From contig CAVWBU010000021.1 in assembly GCA_963753345.1 (NCBI GenBank), positions 96,001 through 160,000 of the forward strand: a stretch of DNA of 64,000 nt, written 5' to 3'. Positions 50,946 through 61,417 of this stretch are shown here, one piece after another (within the stretch, counting starts at the first letter, position 1; the number at the start of each line of letters is the position of its first letter). The translations under genes and the position numbers were made by a program. This DNA comes from an uncultured Fibrobacterota bacterium. GTDB lineage: Bacteria > Fibrobacterota > Chitinivibrionia > Chitinivibrionales > FEN-1185. The notes beneath the pieces were generated by a model. That model was not told the origin of the DNA. It saw only the letters and a list, made by a program, of their open reading frames with translations, and did no database searches.

Positions 50946-51560
50946 TTACTCATTCTTCTTATCACCATATGAAATTTCCACCCTCTCATGAAGCGCCTGA
51001 TTGAGCGTCATCTGATCTATGTATTCCAGCTCGGTTCCCGCGGGCACGCCGCGCGCGAGCAGCGTGATCTTGAGGTGCATGCCGGAAAAAATGCGGGCCA
51101 GGTACAGGCAGGTGGTCTCGGCTTCCGCGCTGGCCCCGAGCCCGAGGATAAGCTCCTTGACGCCGCCCGCGTCGAGCCGCGCCTTCAGCTCCGAAAGGTG
51201 CAGCTTGTCGGCGGTAATGCCGTTGATGGGCGAGAGCACGCCGCCGAGCACATGGTACAGGCCGCGGAAGATCCCGGACTTTTCGAACACGAGCACGTCC
51301 TGCGGTTTTTCCACCACGCAGATCACCGACGAATCGCGCGAGGTTGACGAGCACACGTCGCACAGTTCGGCAGTGCCGTAGTTGAAGCACCGTTTACACA
51401 CGGTGATCTTCGATTTGATGCCGGCGATGCACTGCGACAGGGTGTCGAGCTCGGCCTGGGGCCGCTCCAGAAGATACAGCGCGAGCCGCAGCGCGGTCTT
51501 CCTGCCGATGGTGGGCAGCCGGCAGAGCGCGTCAACGAGGCTGTCGAGCGGTTCGATCAT
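50946..51560 (-). CDS. recR: Recombination mediator RecR
   Basis: LPTIGRKTA.RL, C4 zinc finger, ICVVE and YHVLGGVLSP motifs. Confidence 0.95.
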   Translation of the reverse strand: MIEPLDSLVDALCRLPTIGRKTALRLALYLLERPQAELDTLSQCIAGIKSKITVCKRCFNYGTAELCDVCSSTSRDSSVICVVEKPQDVLVFEKSGIFRGLYHVLGGVLSPINGITADKLHLSELKARLDAGGVKELILGLGASAEAETTCLYLARIFSGMHLKITLLARGVPAGTELEYIDQMTLNQALHERVEISYGDKKNE

Positions 51561-51591
51561 GGGTTCATCCCTTGCAGCGCAACACAAGACT

Positions 51592-51683
51592 CACCACAGA
51601 GTCACAGAGAACACACAGAGAAATGCCAGGAGAGCCAGAAGTTGATTGTCCTACCGTCAACGGACAACCGTCAACTGTCAACA
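51592..51683. repeat. Short tandem arrays (CACAGAG-containing units; TCAAC heptamers) between recR and ybaB
   Basis: CACCACAGAGTCACAGAGAACACACAGAG and CCGTCAACGGACAACCGTCAACTGTCAAC. Confidence 0.65.
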
Positions 51684-51694
51684 ACGATTCTTTA

Positions 51695-52018
51695 TTACGG
51701 CCCTAACCCCAGTGCTCCCAGATCCATCCCCTGGGTGAGGCTGCCGAGCGCGGCGTTCGACTGTTCCTTCACCTTTTCCTGCGCGTTCTTGAACGCGGCG
51801 ACAATGAGGTCTTCGAGCATCTCCACGTCGTCGGGGTCCACCACTTCGGGGTTGATGGCAATCCCCGCGCAGTCGCCGCCGCCGTTCATGGTCACCTTGA
51901 CCATGCCGCCGCCGGCGGTGCCTTCGAAAGTCTGTTTGGCCAGTTCCTCCTGCGCCTTTACCATCTGCGACTGAAGCCGCTGCGTCTGTTTGAGAAGTTT
52001 GTTGAGGCCCTTCGGCAT
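51695..52018 (-). CDS. ybaB: YbaB/EbfC nucleoid-associated protein
   Basis: GTAGGGMVKVT and DPDDVEMLEDLIVAA; lies between dnaX and recR. Confidence 0.94.
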   Translation of the reverse strand: MPKGLNKLLKQTQRLQSQMVKAQEELAKQTFEGTAGGGMVKVTMNGGGDCAGIAINPEVVDPDDVEMLEDLIVAAFKNAQEKVKEQSNAALGSLTQGMDLGALGLGP

Positions 52019-52050
52019 GCTTTGCTCCTTTGGTAAGTGGAACGGCGGGG

Positions 52051-53775
52051 TTACAGCACCGTTCCGTCGAAAATGTCAAGCACCGTTCCTATGATGGGCT
52101 CGCGGCCTATTTCGTCCTTTATCGAAAGCGACGTTCCCGCCGCCGCCGAAGGTGCCGGCGAGGTCTGCGCGGCCGGTGTGTCGGCCGGCTCAATGGTGAT
52201 GTGCAGTGCGACGTCGGTCTTGACGAATTCGCCGAGTTTCTTCTGAATCTCGTCGCGATTCTTCTTCTTTGTCACCTCGCCGAACTGGAAACGGCATGCC
52301 GCCGGGAACCGCAGCTCTATGGAATTTGCGGTCGACGAAACAATATACGCGACCGACAGGTGATAGCCGAACGCGGGCCAGTCGTGCACCAATTGTTCCA
52401 TGAACCGCGGCCACCGATCCTGCAGGTTTCCTTCGACCGGCGGCGCGGCAGGGGAGACCGCCTCTTCGCCCATGTCGATGTTCGCCTCGCCATTGTCGGG
52501 CGCCGCGTCGGTCTCAAGCACCGGCTCGGCCAGGGTCAGGCCGGGTTGTGAAATTTTTTTTTTATCCGGTACCATGGTGCCCGGCGCCGCAACCGCTGGA
52601 GCCGCCGAAGGCGGCGATGACTGCGGCGCGGCGGCCTGTGGCGCGCCGCCGAGCGATTCCAGAAGCGTTGACAGCGCAACCGTGTCGTCGAGGTGGACAA
52701 GCTTAAGGAGCAGAAGCTCCACAAGGAACCGCGGGAAGTCGGAGAACCGCAGGTCGCGCTCGGTCTTCCGCACGAGCTCGGCCATGCGCAGGAGCGTCTC
52801 CTCGGAAAACGCCGATGCGCGCTTTGCAAATGCGCCGGCCGCGTCGGCGGGAAGGTCGATGCGCGGGTTGTTCATCACGCCGGGCAGGCGGCAGAACAAA
52901 AGCGTCCGCAAATGGTCTTCGAGCCCCATCACGAACTCGCGCAGGTCGAACCCGCGCGACAGCAGGTCTTCCACTGCGGCGACGGCGGGGGAAGGGTTCT
53001 TTTCCGCAACGGCCTTCATGATGGTGTCGTACAGCTCCGTGTCGATGATGCCGAGCACGGTGCGGACCGCGGCCTCATTAATTGACTCATGCGAATACGA
53101 ATACACCTGGTCGAGCAGGCTTAAAGCGTCGCGCATGCTGCCTTCGGCCTTGCGTGCGACAATCGCGAGCGCGGCCTTGTCGAACGCGATGTTCTCGGAC
53201 GTGCAGATGTGCGCGAGCCGCGCGGTAATCTGCTCGGCCGATATCCGCCTGAAATCGAAGCGCTGGCAGCGCGAATGGATGGTGGCCGGTATTTTCTGCG
53301 GCTCGGTGGTGGCGAAGATGAAGATCACGTTTTCGGGCGGTTCTTCGAGCGTCTTGAGCAGGGCGTTGAACGCCGACTTGGACAGCATGTGCACTTCGTC
53401 GATCACGTAAATGCGGTGCTTGCCGCCCATCGACGAATACCTTACGTTCTCGCGGATCTCGCGGATGTCGTCCACCGAGTTGTTCGAGGCGCCGTCTATT
53501 TCCAGCACGTCGAAGCTTGACCCGTTGATGATGTTCTTGCACGGTTCGCATTCGCCGCAGGGCTTGGGCGTGGGGCCCTTGTCGCAGTTGAGCGCGCGCG
53601 CCAGGATGCGGGCCGTGGTGGTTTTGCCCACGCCGCGCGTGCCCGTAAAAATATAGGCATGCGCCACGCGGTTCTTCTCGATGGCCTTGATAAGCGTCTG
53701 CGTGATGTGCTCCTGGCCCACCACGTCGGCGAAACTTTGAGGACGCCATTTGCGGGCAAAAACCAAGTAACTCAT
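52051..53775 (-). CDS. dnaX: DNA polymerase III subunit gamma/tau
   Basis: ARKWRPQSF, GTRGVGKTT, EIDGASN, IDEVHMLS and SRC motifs. Confidence 0.97.
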   Translation of the reverse strand: MSYLVFARKWRPQSFADVVGQEHITQTLIKAIEKNRVAHAYIFTGTRGVGKTTTARILARALNCDKGPTPKPCGECEPCKNIINGSSFDVLEIDGASNNSVDDIREIRENVRYSSMGGKHRIYVIDEVHMLSKSAFNALLKTLEEPPENVIFIFATTEPQKIPATIHSRCQRFDFRRISAEQITARLAHICTSENIAFDKAALAIVARKAEGSMRDALSLLDQVYSYSHESINEAAVRTVLGIIDTELYDTIMKAVAEKNPSPAVAAVEDLLSRGFDLREFVMGLEDHLRTLLFCRLPGVMNNPRIDLPADAAGAFAKRASAFSEETLLRMAELVRKTERDLRFSDFPRFLVELLLLKLVHLDDTVALSTLLESLGGAPQAAAPQSSPPSAAPAVAAPGTMVPDKKKISQPGLTLAEPVLETDAAPDNGEANIDMGEEAVSPAAPPVEGNLQDRWPRFMEQLVHDWPAFGYHLSVAYIVSSTANSIELRFPAACRFQFGEVTKKKNRDEIQKKLGEFVKTDVALHITIEPADTPAAQTSPAPSAAAGTSLSIKDEIGREPIIGTVLDIFDGTVL

Positions 53776-53895
53776 AATAATTTTAGATTTTAGAATGTAG
53801 ATTGACGATTTAGAATACAGTACATCAGGCGTTCATCCTCGAATTGGAATACAGATTCCTTGTCCAACAAAAATAGATTATTCCCCATATATATT

Positions 53896-54303
53896 TCATT
53901 GCCCAATATGCTGGGAAGGATTTCTGGGTTTTGATTGTTTCCTGACTGTATTTATTGATGATACAATAATAGCGAGAATTTGATTCGCCTCATCGGCCAG
54001 TTGCATTACCCTGTTTTGCGGCAGAAAATTTCCTTCGGCAAGCAATTCCATCCAATAGGCAGACTCATCAGCCTCTTCTTCCACAATCTTCAATTTTGCA
54101 ATAAAATCCGCTCTTGATCTTGCTCTGCAAACCGCTCTGTAATTGGCACCAACGGAAGTCCCACTACGAAGCAATTGACGGCCCAATACCTGCGCGGACG
54201 GGTTCCGGGGCAATTCGCTGAACAACCTTATGATCTCAAGCGCAAAGGTCTTGGTGCGCAGTTTCATGGCTTCGGGAGTATACGCCACAGCAAGGTCTTC
54301 CAT
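53896..54303 (-). CDS. Four helix bundle protein (23S rRNA IVS-protein/bAvd-like fold)
   Basis: RTKTFAL...QLLRSGTSVGANYRAVCRARSRADFIAKLKIVEEEADESAYWMELL; AT-rich; flanked by heptamer arrays. Confidence 0.9.
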   Translation of the reverse strand: MEDLAVAYTPEAMKLRTKTFALEIIRLFSELPRNPSAQVLGRQLLRSGTSVGANYRAVCRARSRADFIAKLKIVEEEADESAYWMELLAEGNFLPQNRVMQLADEANQILAIIVSSINTVRKQSKPRNPSQHIGQ

Positions 54304-54378
54304 TAAAAAGGGAATGAACGATAAGTAACTGGACTTTATAAATCTACAATCTACAATCTTCAATCTACAATGGTAAAA

Positions 54379-54482
54379 GCGGGGCCAAGTTTACCTGCGG
54401 CACACTCAGTATCCGTTTACCGTTGCTCCCTTCCGGGCCTGGCGGGGTTCACAGACTGTCGTTGCGCAGGGCCTGGCCCCAC
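54379..54482 (-). ncRNA. ffs: Signal recognition particle RNA (small, 4.5S type)
   Basis: GTGGGGCCA...GTGAACCCCGCCAGGCCCGGAAGGGAGCAACGGTAA...TGGCCCCGC long hairpin with GGAA loop and SRP helix-8 motif; canonical position upstream of dnaX. Confidence 0.93.
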
Positions 54483-54601
54483 AGTTAATTGTAGAATGTA
54501 AATTGTAGATTGTAGATTGAAATTCCGGAGACCTCGTTTCCCGGCGATGCGAAGCGTGCAAAAAATAGCATTTGCGCCGGGCCGAGCAAACGGTTGATTG
54601 C

Positions 54602-57600
54602 TCAATGCTTCATATTCTTGTTCAGCATTTCCGAAAGCTCCGCCAGGGTGAAGGGTTTGGAAATGCTTGCGGTAAAACCGTAGTCTGCGGGATTTTTCAT
54701 CACCGCATCATCGGTGTACCCGCTCGCAACAAAGATCGGGATCTCTTTGTTCAAATTCCGGATTTTTTTGACGGTTTCGATTCCGCCCATGCCTCCGGCG
54801 ACAGTGAGATCAAAAATCATCCCGCTGCATTGTCGTTTGGCACGCATTTCGCCGCCGTAGAAATCAACGGCCGCTTCGCCGTCATTCCTGCACACCACGG
54901 TGTATCCCATCGATTCGAGCATTTGTCGAAGCGTGTCCCGTACTACTTCTTCGTCGTCCATCACAAGGATTGTGCCGCTGCCCTTGTGCCTGCCGGTCGC
55001 GACTGTCTCCTTGACAACGGATTCCGGGGAAGCGGGCAGGTACACATGAAACGTGCTGCCCTTGCCCTGTTCGGATTCGACCTCGATGCAGCCTTCATGA
55101 CGGGTGATGATTGAATAACAGGTGGCGAGCCCGAGGCCGTGCCCCTTTGTTTTTGTCGTGTAGAACGGGTCGAAAATGCGGGGTATGATGTCCTTTGGTA
55201 TGCCGATGCCGTGGTCTTTGATTGACACCTTCACATAATCGCCCTTGGCCAGCGGGGGATGTTCCTTTTCTCCAAAAGAAATATTCCGGGCGGTTATTTC
55301 TATGTCCCCGCCGTTCGGCATGGCCTGCTGCGCATTGATGACGATGTTGTCGATTACCTGGCCGATCTGGTCCTTGTCGATATTGCACGGCCACAGGTTT
55401 TCGGGCAGGGAAAATTTGCACGAAATAGTCGATCCGCTGAGCGCGAAACGTGCGGTATCCTCAATGAACGGCGTCAAGGGTGTTATCTTTCTGGAGCGGG
55501 AAACCGCCCTTGGCAAAGGTCAGGAGCTGCAGGGTGAGCGACCGCGCACGGTTCATGGCCGCAAGCGTTGCCGCAAGGTATTCGGCGGTCTTCGCATCCT
55601 TCGATGAGGAACGGGCCAGGTCGATGTAACCGAAAATGCCGGTAAGCAGGTTGTTGAAATCGTGCGCAATGCCGCCGGCGAGCACGCCGAGCGAGTCGAG
55701 TTTCTGCTTCTGGTTAAGCTGGTCTTCGAGCGCCTTGCGGACTTCATCGGCCTTTCTGCGTTCGGAAATGTCTTCAATCAGGAACAAAAGGTGGTTTTCC
55801 CCGCCTGCGGAAAAAGGGGCGAACGAGGTGTTGAACCATGCGGTTTTCCCGAACGACGAGATGCTGCGGATTTCCTGTGTGACTGGTTTCCCTCCTGTCA
55901 ATGCACGGTCGGCACTTTCCAGAAGGCCATCGCGTTTCCAGGTTCCAAGGCTCCGGAAATTCTGCGCGAGCAGTTGTTCCGTCGTGCCGCCGATGATTCT
56001 CGCGGCCGCCTGGTTTGCCGATACGCATTCCCCCGATGCCTTGTAGACAAGCATTCCCACCGGAGACGATTCCAGTATCATTTTGTTGAAGGAAAGCGCC
56101 TCCATAATCTCCTGCTGGGCATGCTGCACGGCCTCCTGGGCCTGCTTGCGCTCGGTGATGTCGCGCACAATGCCCTGAAACCTGCCGTCTCCCAGCATTT
56201 TTCCGCTTATTTCGGTATAGACAACCGATCCGTCTTTCCGGCGCATTCGTCTTTCGCTTATGACCGTTTCTACGGACAGAAGTTCCTTGAATTTGATCGG
56301 GGAGGATGTGATTTCTTCGGGAAGCAGCAAGTCTTTCATTCCAAGGTGCAATATTTCCTCGCGTGAATAGCCGAGCATGGAAGTCGCCCGAACATTGGCA
56401 TCGGTGTAGTTCCCGTCCTTGATCGGAAATGAATATTGCGTCCGACGCCTGCTCCATGAGCGTGCGATAGTTGCTTTCGCTGTTCCGCAGCTCTTGCTCC
56501 ATGCGTTTGCGTTCGGTGATGTCTTGGACTATGGACAGGATGCACGCCCGGTGGCCCAGTCTGATCACCTGGGCGGAAAGCATCACCGTTTTGAAATCGC
56601 CCTTCTTTCCCTGCAACGTCGTTTCAAGGCCGTTAACGGGGCGGCCCTCGCGGAGAGCCGTTAGCATCCGCTGCCGGTCCTTTTCGTCAACCCACAATTT
56701 CAGGCTGAGCGTTGAGCTGGCGAGTGATTCTTCCCGGCTGAACCCCGACAGGGCGGTGAACGCGTCGTTGACCTCGATAATCCTGCCATCGTCCAAGTTT
56801 CCAATCATGTAGGCATAGGGAGAAGTCTTGAACGCCGTGGAAAGCGTTCCTCGCTCTCGCGCAGCGCAATCTCCGCCTGCTTGCGCGCGGTGATGTCGCG
56901 CGTGACGGCCACAAACGATACGGGCTTGCCCTCCGCATCCGTGATTGCCGTCGCGCTCAGTTCCCCATCAAATTGAGAGCCGTCCTTTTTGACAAAACGA
57001 TATTCAATATTGTTGACGAGCTTTCCCCGTCAGAGTTTTCTGCAAGTTTGAACCGGCGCGTTCATGTTCGTCCGGCGGAAACAGATCGAACGCACTTTTT
57101 CCGATCAGGTCTTCCGGACGTTCATACCCGTGCATGAGCGCAGTCTGGCGGTTGCACATGAGAATTCTGCCGCTCAGGTCGGTCTGCGTGATCGCGTCGG
57201 GCGAGGACTCGACCAGGGCGCGATAACGTATTTCGCTTTCTCTGAGCGCTTCTTCCATGCGTTTGCGCTCGGTGATGTCGCGGATAGCGGTCACCCTGAC
57301 CGTGCGCCCCTGGTAGTTTATTGATCTGCTACTGAGTTCGCCATTGAAAGTCGCGCCGTCCTTTCTCAGCCCTGTCGCTTCATACGGTTTTTCATAGCCG
57401 GAAAGAAAATTGTTGCGGACCAAGTCACGCGACTGGGGCGCGGCAAGGGTTAGAACGTTCATACCGATTAATTCCGAAAGTTTATAGCCGAACAGGTCGG
57501 CCATGGCCTGGTTCGCATCCAGAATCAGGCCTTTATCGTGAATGGCAATTCCTTCGAAACTGGCCTGGGCCAAACGGCTGAAACGTTCTTTACTTTCTTT

Positions 57601-57993
57601 AAGCCCATCCTCGGCCTGCTTGCGCTCGGTGATATTTTCAACCATGATGACAAAGTGTTCTTTCTCGGGGGAATGCACCACCATGTTCAGCCACAACTTC
57701 AGCCGTTCTATGGGTCGCTCAAAATGCTCGGGCCTGCCGGACAGTGCCACCCGTCCGTAGATTGCAAACAGTTCCTTGTTGGATTGCCAGACGCCGGGAA
57801 GGAGTTCCGTGACCTTTTTTCCAATTACATTTCCGAGTCCGGTCAATTTTCCGTATGCCTTGTTGACGTCAAGATAGATGAAATCGATTGGTTTGCCGGA
57901 CTTGAAAATCATCTTGCAGTGAGCAAAGCCGATGGGCATGTCTTTGACAAGGCGTTGATAGCAGTCGGCATGGCTGTCGCTCTCTTTCTTCAT
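54602..57993 (-). CDS. Multi-PAS hybrid histidine kinase/receiver, split by about 4 frameshifts
   Basis: Consecutive ORFs 57004..58074, 55774..56808, 55461..56378 and 54602..55516 give repeated PAS/PAC (DITERK), GGIAHDFNN, GHGLGL and receiver MDDE...KPF. Confidence 0.85.
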
Positions 57994-58291
57994 GGGTGTG
58001 ATCCTTTCCCCCCGGTCCGTTGACGGGCGGGATTTTGAGGACCAGTTTTGTGTTTTTCTTCTTTTCGCTGCCATGAGAATGTCGGCACTCCATGGGGCGC
58101 CGCCGCCTTTACCGCGACGCGCCCCGTCTCCTAAAAGTCAAAGTCCCTTAGACAAACTAAGTATTGCACAAAAGCAACGCAAATTTACAACATTTTTCGT
58201 TTTTGACCTATTAATCCGGTCATTATACTGCAACCGCTCGCCCATAGCATGTCGAAAGGTGAACGAAAAGTGCTGAAATCTAGACGGAATA

Positions 58292-58326
58292 GCCGTTCGT
58301 GGCGAGCTTGTCGAACCATGAACGGC
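58292..58326. repeat. REP-like imperfect palindrome (GAGCTTGTCGA family)
   Basis: GCCGTTCGTGGCGAGCTTGTCGAACCATGAACGGC; related cores at 31725-31737 and 44595-44680. Confidence 0.6.
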
Positions 58327-58467
58327 AAGAGATAGACTTCTTCAACACCCTGTTAGGGCATCGCACAGATGCGAAAATCAAATCGAAGGCCGGGTTTCTC
58401 GATGTAAATTTCCTTTTCGGTCCTTGAGGGTGCAGAGCGTTTTGTCGTCGATGTCAATGGAGGAACG

Positions 58468-59301
58468 GTGAACAACAAAGTGAAGATCGAGCTCGGAGAG
58501 GTCCAGAGAACGCTGCTTATCCCTTTGTTCGGCCGCGCGCTGGAGTACGAGAAAGAGCACCCGCTTATCAAGGATAGGTACGCTTATAAGATTGTAAAGA
58601 GGCTTGATTACAATTTTGCCGCCGGGTTCAAGCAGGCGCCCACGCAGTTTACGACAAACAGCGCCATTCGCGCCTATCATCTTGACAAGGCGGTCGCGGA
58701 TTTCATAGACCGGCATCCCGACGGCACTATCGTGAACATCGGAGCGGGACTCGATACCACGTTTCACCGGCTCGACAACGGCACGATATTCTGGTATGAT
58801 CTCGACCTTCCGGATTCGATCGACCTGCGCCGGAAGCTTATCCCGGAAGGCGAACGGAATAAGTGTGTCGCAAAGTCGGTGTTCGACCGGACATGGTTCC
58901 GCGACATCAAAGAACGGCGCTCAAAGGTTTTCTTCATGGCCGGCGGGGTGCTCGTCTATCTGAAGGAAAAAGAAATTAGAAAACTGTTCGTTGACTTGAT
59001 AGAGGAGTTTCCCGGCAGTGAAATTATGTTTGACATTTATTCAAGAATATTCGCGTGGTTAAGAAACCATGCGCTTGCGCAACGGCGGAAGGACAGGTTG
59101 GAACTGTTTGTTCGCTGGCAATGGGGCGTCAATTCGGCAAAAGCGATTGCCCGATGGAGTGACAAAATACGAGTTCTTGATGAATTTCCCTATTATTCAA
59201 GAATTGATCTCGAAGAATATTGGGACGAGAAGGTTCTTGCTCCGCTCAAGTTTATGAACTTCTTTAAAGTGATGAAGATGGTGCGGCTTGGGCTCGGATA
59301 A
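58468..59301 (+). CDS. Class I SAM-dependent methyltransferase (LCM/TcmP-like)
   Basis: TLLIPLFGRA, VNIGAGLDT, WYDLDLPD and AGGVLVY motifs. Confidence 0.88.
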   Translation: MNNKVKIELGEVQRTLLIPLFGRALEYEKEHPLIKDRYAYKIVKRLDYNFAAGFKQAPTQFTTNSAIRAYHLDKAVADFIDRHPDGTIVNIGAGLDTTFHRLDNGTIFWYDLDLPDSIDLRRKLIPEGERNKCVAKSVFDRTWFRDIKERRSKVFFMAGGVLVYLKEKEIRKLFVDLIEEFPGSEIMFDIYSRIFAWLRNHALAQRRKDRLELFVRWQWGVNSAKAIARWSDKIRVLDEFPYYSRIDLEEYWDEKVLAPLKFMNFFKVMKMVRLGLG

Positions 59302-59314
59302 TAAATCAAGAATA

Positions 59315-59346
59315 TTGGGCGTTCTCCTGATTGTGTAGAGGCGCAG
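59315..59346 (-). repeat. Truncated stub (M) of the structured repeat
   Basis: TTGGGCGTTCTCC...TGTAGAGGCGCAG matches the first about 35 nt of copy E. Confidence 0.6.
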
Positions 59347-59382
59347 TCCATTTCCCTATCTAAATCATTATTTCATCTTCAA

Positions 59383-60330
59383 TTATCTATTTTGTAAATA
59401 AACCACAAATATCCCTCTCCCTGCTTCTCTTCCTACATCAAATTGCCTCGTCATTAATCTGCTCTTATACCACACCAGCTTCCCACCGATATCATAAACA
59501 TAAACATCGCAAGGCATCTTAAAAGTCATTGGAACTGTAATTCTTCCCGCCACCGACACAAAAGTTCCATGATGTAATGAAACTGAAGAAGGAACCGAAT
59601 AGTTACCTTTTACAATCTTTGTCGTCGGTTCCATGCTCGACGTCGAGTCCAGGCTCATGGTGTCGATCCTTGCATGGATGGTGTCGACAACGGTGTGGTT
59701 GAGTGCCACGAAGCCGAAACCCGGCGCGGTGCAATTATTTGTAAAGCACCCGGCAATCGAGATGGCGGAGCACTGGCCGGAGAACAGGGAATCGTACGCG
59801 AGGGAGATATGCGAGTCGCTCGCCCGCAGCGCGGTTCCGGGTATGCCTTTTGCGCCGCAGTAGCAGACCATGGCGTTCTGGTAGCTCACGCCGTACCCTC
59901 CGCCGTCGCCGCCCCGTATGGTGCATTCGAAAAAGGCCACGGTCGAGCTGTCGATAATGATTGCGTCGCTTCCGTCTTTCCCGTCGAGGGCCGGCACGCT
60001 CTTGCAGCTGTTGTTGTTGTTGCCGCTAACTCCCTTTGCCCCGGCAAACCGCAGCATTTCCGCCGAGCACGTGCTGTTGTCAATGAGCAGCACTTTACTG
60101 ATGATTGTCGGGACGGAGGAGGAAGCGCCTTGCACCACAAGGTTGACTTTGTCCACTATCCTGATGGTGTCCAAGTCCTTGACCGTATCGCAGATTATGG
60201 TATCATTGCTTCCCGATGCGTTGATTGCGGTTTGCAGCAGGGGATAGTCCTGCGGGACGTGATAGGTGTTTGCGAGGATCGCGGCGGGTAGTGCTAGTAT
60301 CGCCATACAATATAGGTATAAACCTCGCAT
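59383..60330 (-). CDS. Secreted Cys/Gly-rich protein with T9SS type-A-like C-terminal domain
   Basis: Signal peptide; TYHVPQDYPLLQTAINA; C-terminal VYVYDIGGKLV...GIFVVYL. Confidence 0.6.
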   Translation of the reverse strand: MRGLYLYCMAILALPAAILANTYHVPQDYPLLQTAINASGSNDTIICDTVKDLDTIRIVDKVNLVVQGASSSVPTIISKVLLIDNSTCSAEMLRFAGAKGVSGNNNNSCKSVPALDGKDGSDAIIIDSSTVAFFECTIRGGDGGGYGVSYQNAMVCYCGAKGIPGTALRASDSHISLAYDSLFSGQCSAISIAGCFTNNCTAPGFGFVALNHTVVDTIHARIDTMSLDSTSSMEPTTKIVKGNYSVPSSVSLHHGTFVSVAGRITVPMTFKMPCDVYVYDIGGKLVWYKSRLMTRQFDVGREAGRGIFVVYLQNR

Positions 60331-60420
60331 TAATGGCCTCCATGGATTTGGTTGCGTGATATTACTCAATTATATCCTGGTTCCGGCAGATTGTCGATGA
60401 TATCAAAATAAAGAAAAGAG

Positions 60421-60837
60421 TTGGGCGTTCCCCTCGCTGCACTCGGGTCGGTCCACCCCTTCGGGTGCTTCCAAGGGTCGTCCCTCCGGTCTCGGGCTCG
60501 CCCTCGGGCCGCCTCGGCCCCTATGCCGGCGTACCGGCGGGGTCCGGGCGGCATCCCGCCATAGCGGGACCTCCGGTCGCCCCTAACGCGCGGCAGAGGA
60601 AGTCTTATCAGTCAACTACTTTATCTTGCGCCAATTGGTATCCGGAAATCGGGGCTTCTTCAATATGTTTTCTACTTTTCAACTGCTCCTCGTGGGTGCC
60701 GCCACAACAATGCATAGTCTTGCAGCTGCTTTATCAAGGCGGCTACCCTAGAGGGGGTAGCGCAAGACCGGCGCGGAATGCGGTGAACTTTGATGATGTG
60801 AGCGCCGGGCCGCAGCGAGGGGGAACCTTCCCCCGCC
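60421..60837 (-). repeat. Bipartite structured intergenic repeat, copy K
   Basis: Complete motif set. Confidence 0.92.
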
Positions 60838-61016
60838 TAAATCATTGCTTTATGACTTTTGTCGAAATATCACCCTGGCGATAATCGAAAACTCAAGAAT
60901 AGAGGAAGATGGTGATGAAGGGTGGCCATTGACACTAGAGGTCAGGTCAAGGTATATTTGTAGCCTAAAATTCATAATTATAGGTAATGAAACTTGTAAT
61001 AACGAAAGGACAATTC

Positions 61017-61412
61017 ATGCGCTCCTCCCTGACCGCTGGCCTCGTGATGCTCAACAGTGCGGCATTGTTCGCCCAGACCGCCACAGGCTCCCAGCCCGGC
61101 ACCAAGAACATGATGCCCACCCTCCTCATGATGGGCGTTGTGTTTGCCATTATTTACTTCCTCATGATCCTTCCGCAGCAGAAGAAGCAGAAGGAGACCC
61201 AGAACATGCTCAAGAACGTGAAAAAGGGCGACCGGATTGTGACCGTCGGCGGCTTGCTCGGGACCGTTGGCAACGTGAAGGACGACACGGTGATGGTGAA
61301 GATCGCGGACAACACGGTGGTCGAATTCAGAAAAAGCGCAATCGGCTCGATCCTGAGCGACGTAAAGACAGGAGACAAGACCGAACCCGACAAGCTGGAG
61401 AAAAAGGCGTAA
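61017..61412 (+). CDS. yajC: Preprotein translocase subunit YajC
   Basis: IYFLMILPQQKKQK and KKGDRIVTVGGLLGTV; GAAAGGA RBS. Confidence 0.94.
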   Translation: MRSSLTAGLVMLNSAALFAQTATGSQPGTKNMMPTLLMMGVVFAIIYFLMILPQQKKQKETQNMLKNVKKGDRIVTVGGLLGTVGNVKDDTVMVKIADNTVVEFRKSAIGSILSDVKTGDKTEPDKLEKKA

Positions 61413-61417
61413 TTTTC

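Noticed and set aside
58250-58358. Possible MITE with CTGTTAG/TTCAACACCCTG end around the REP hairpin
   Set aside because: Only one plausible end; no matching inverted terminus or second copy in the window.
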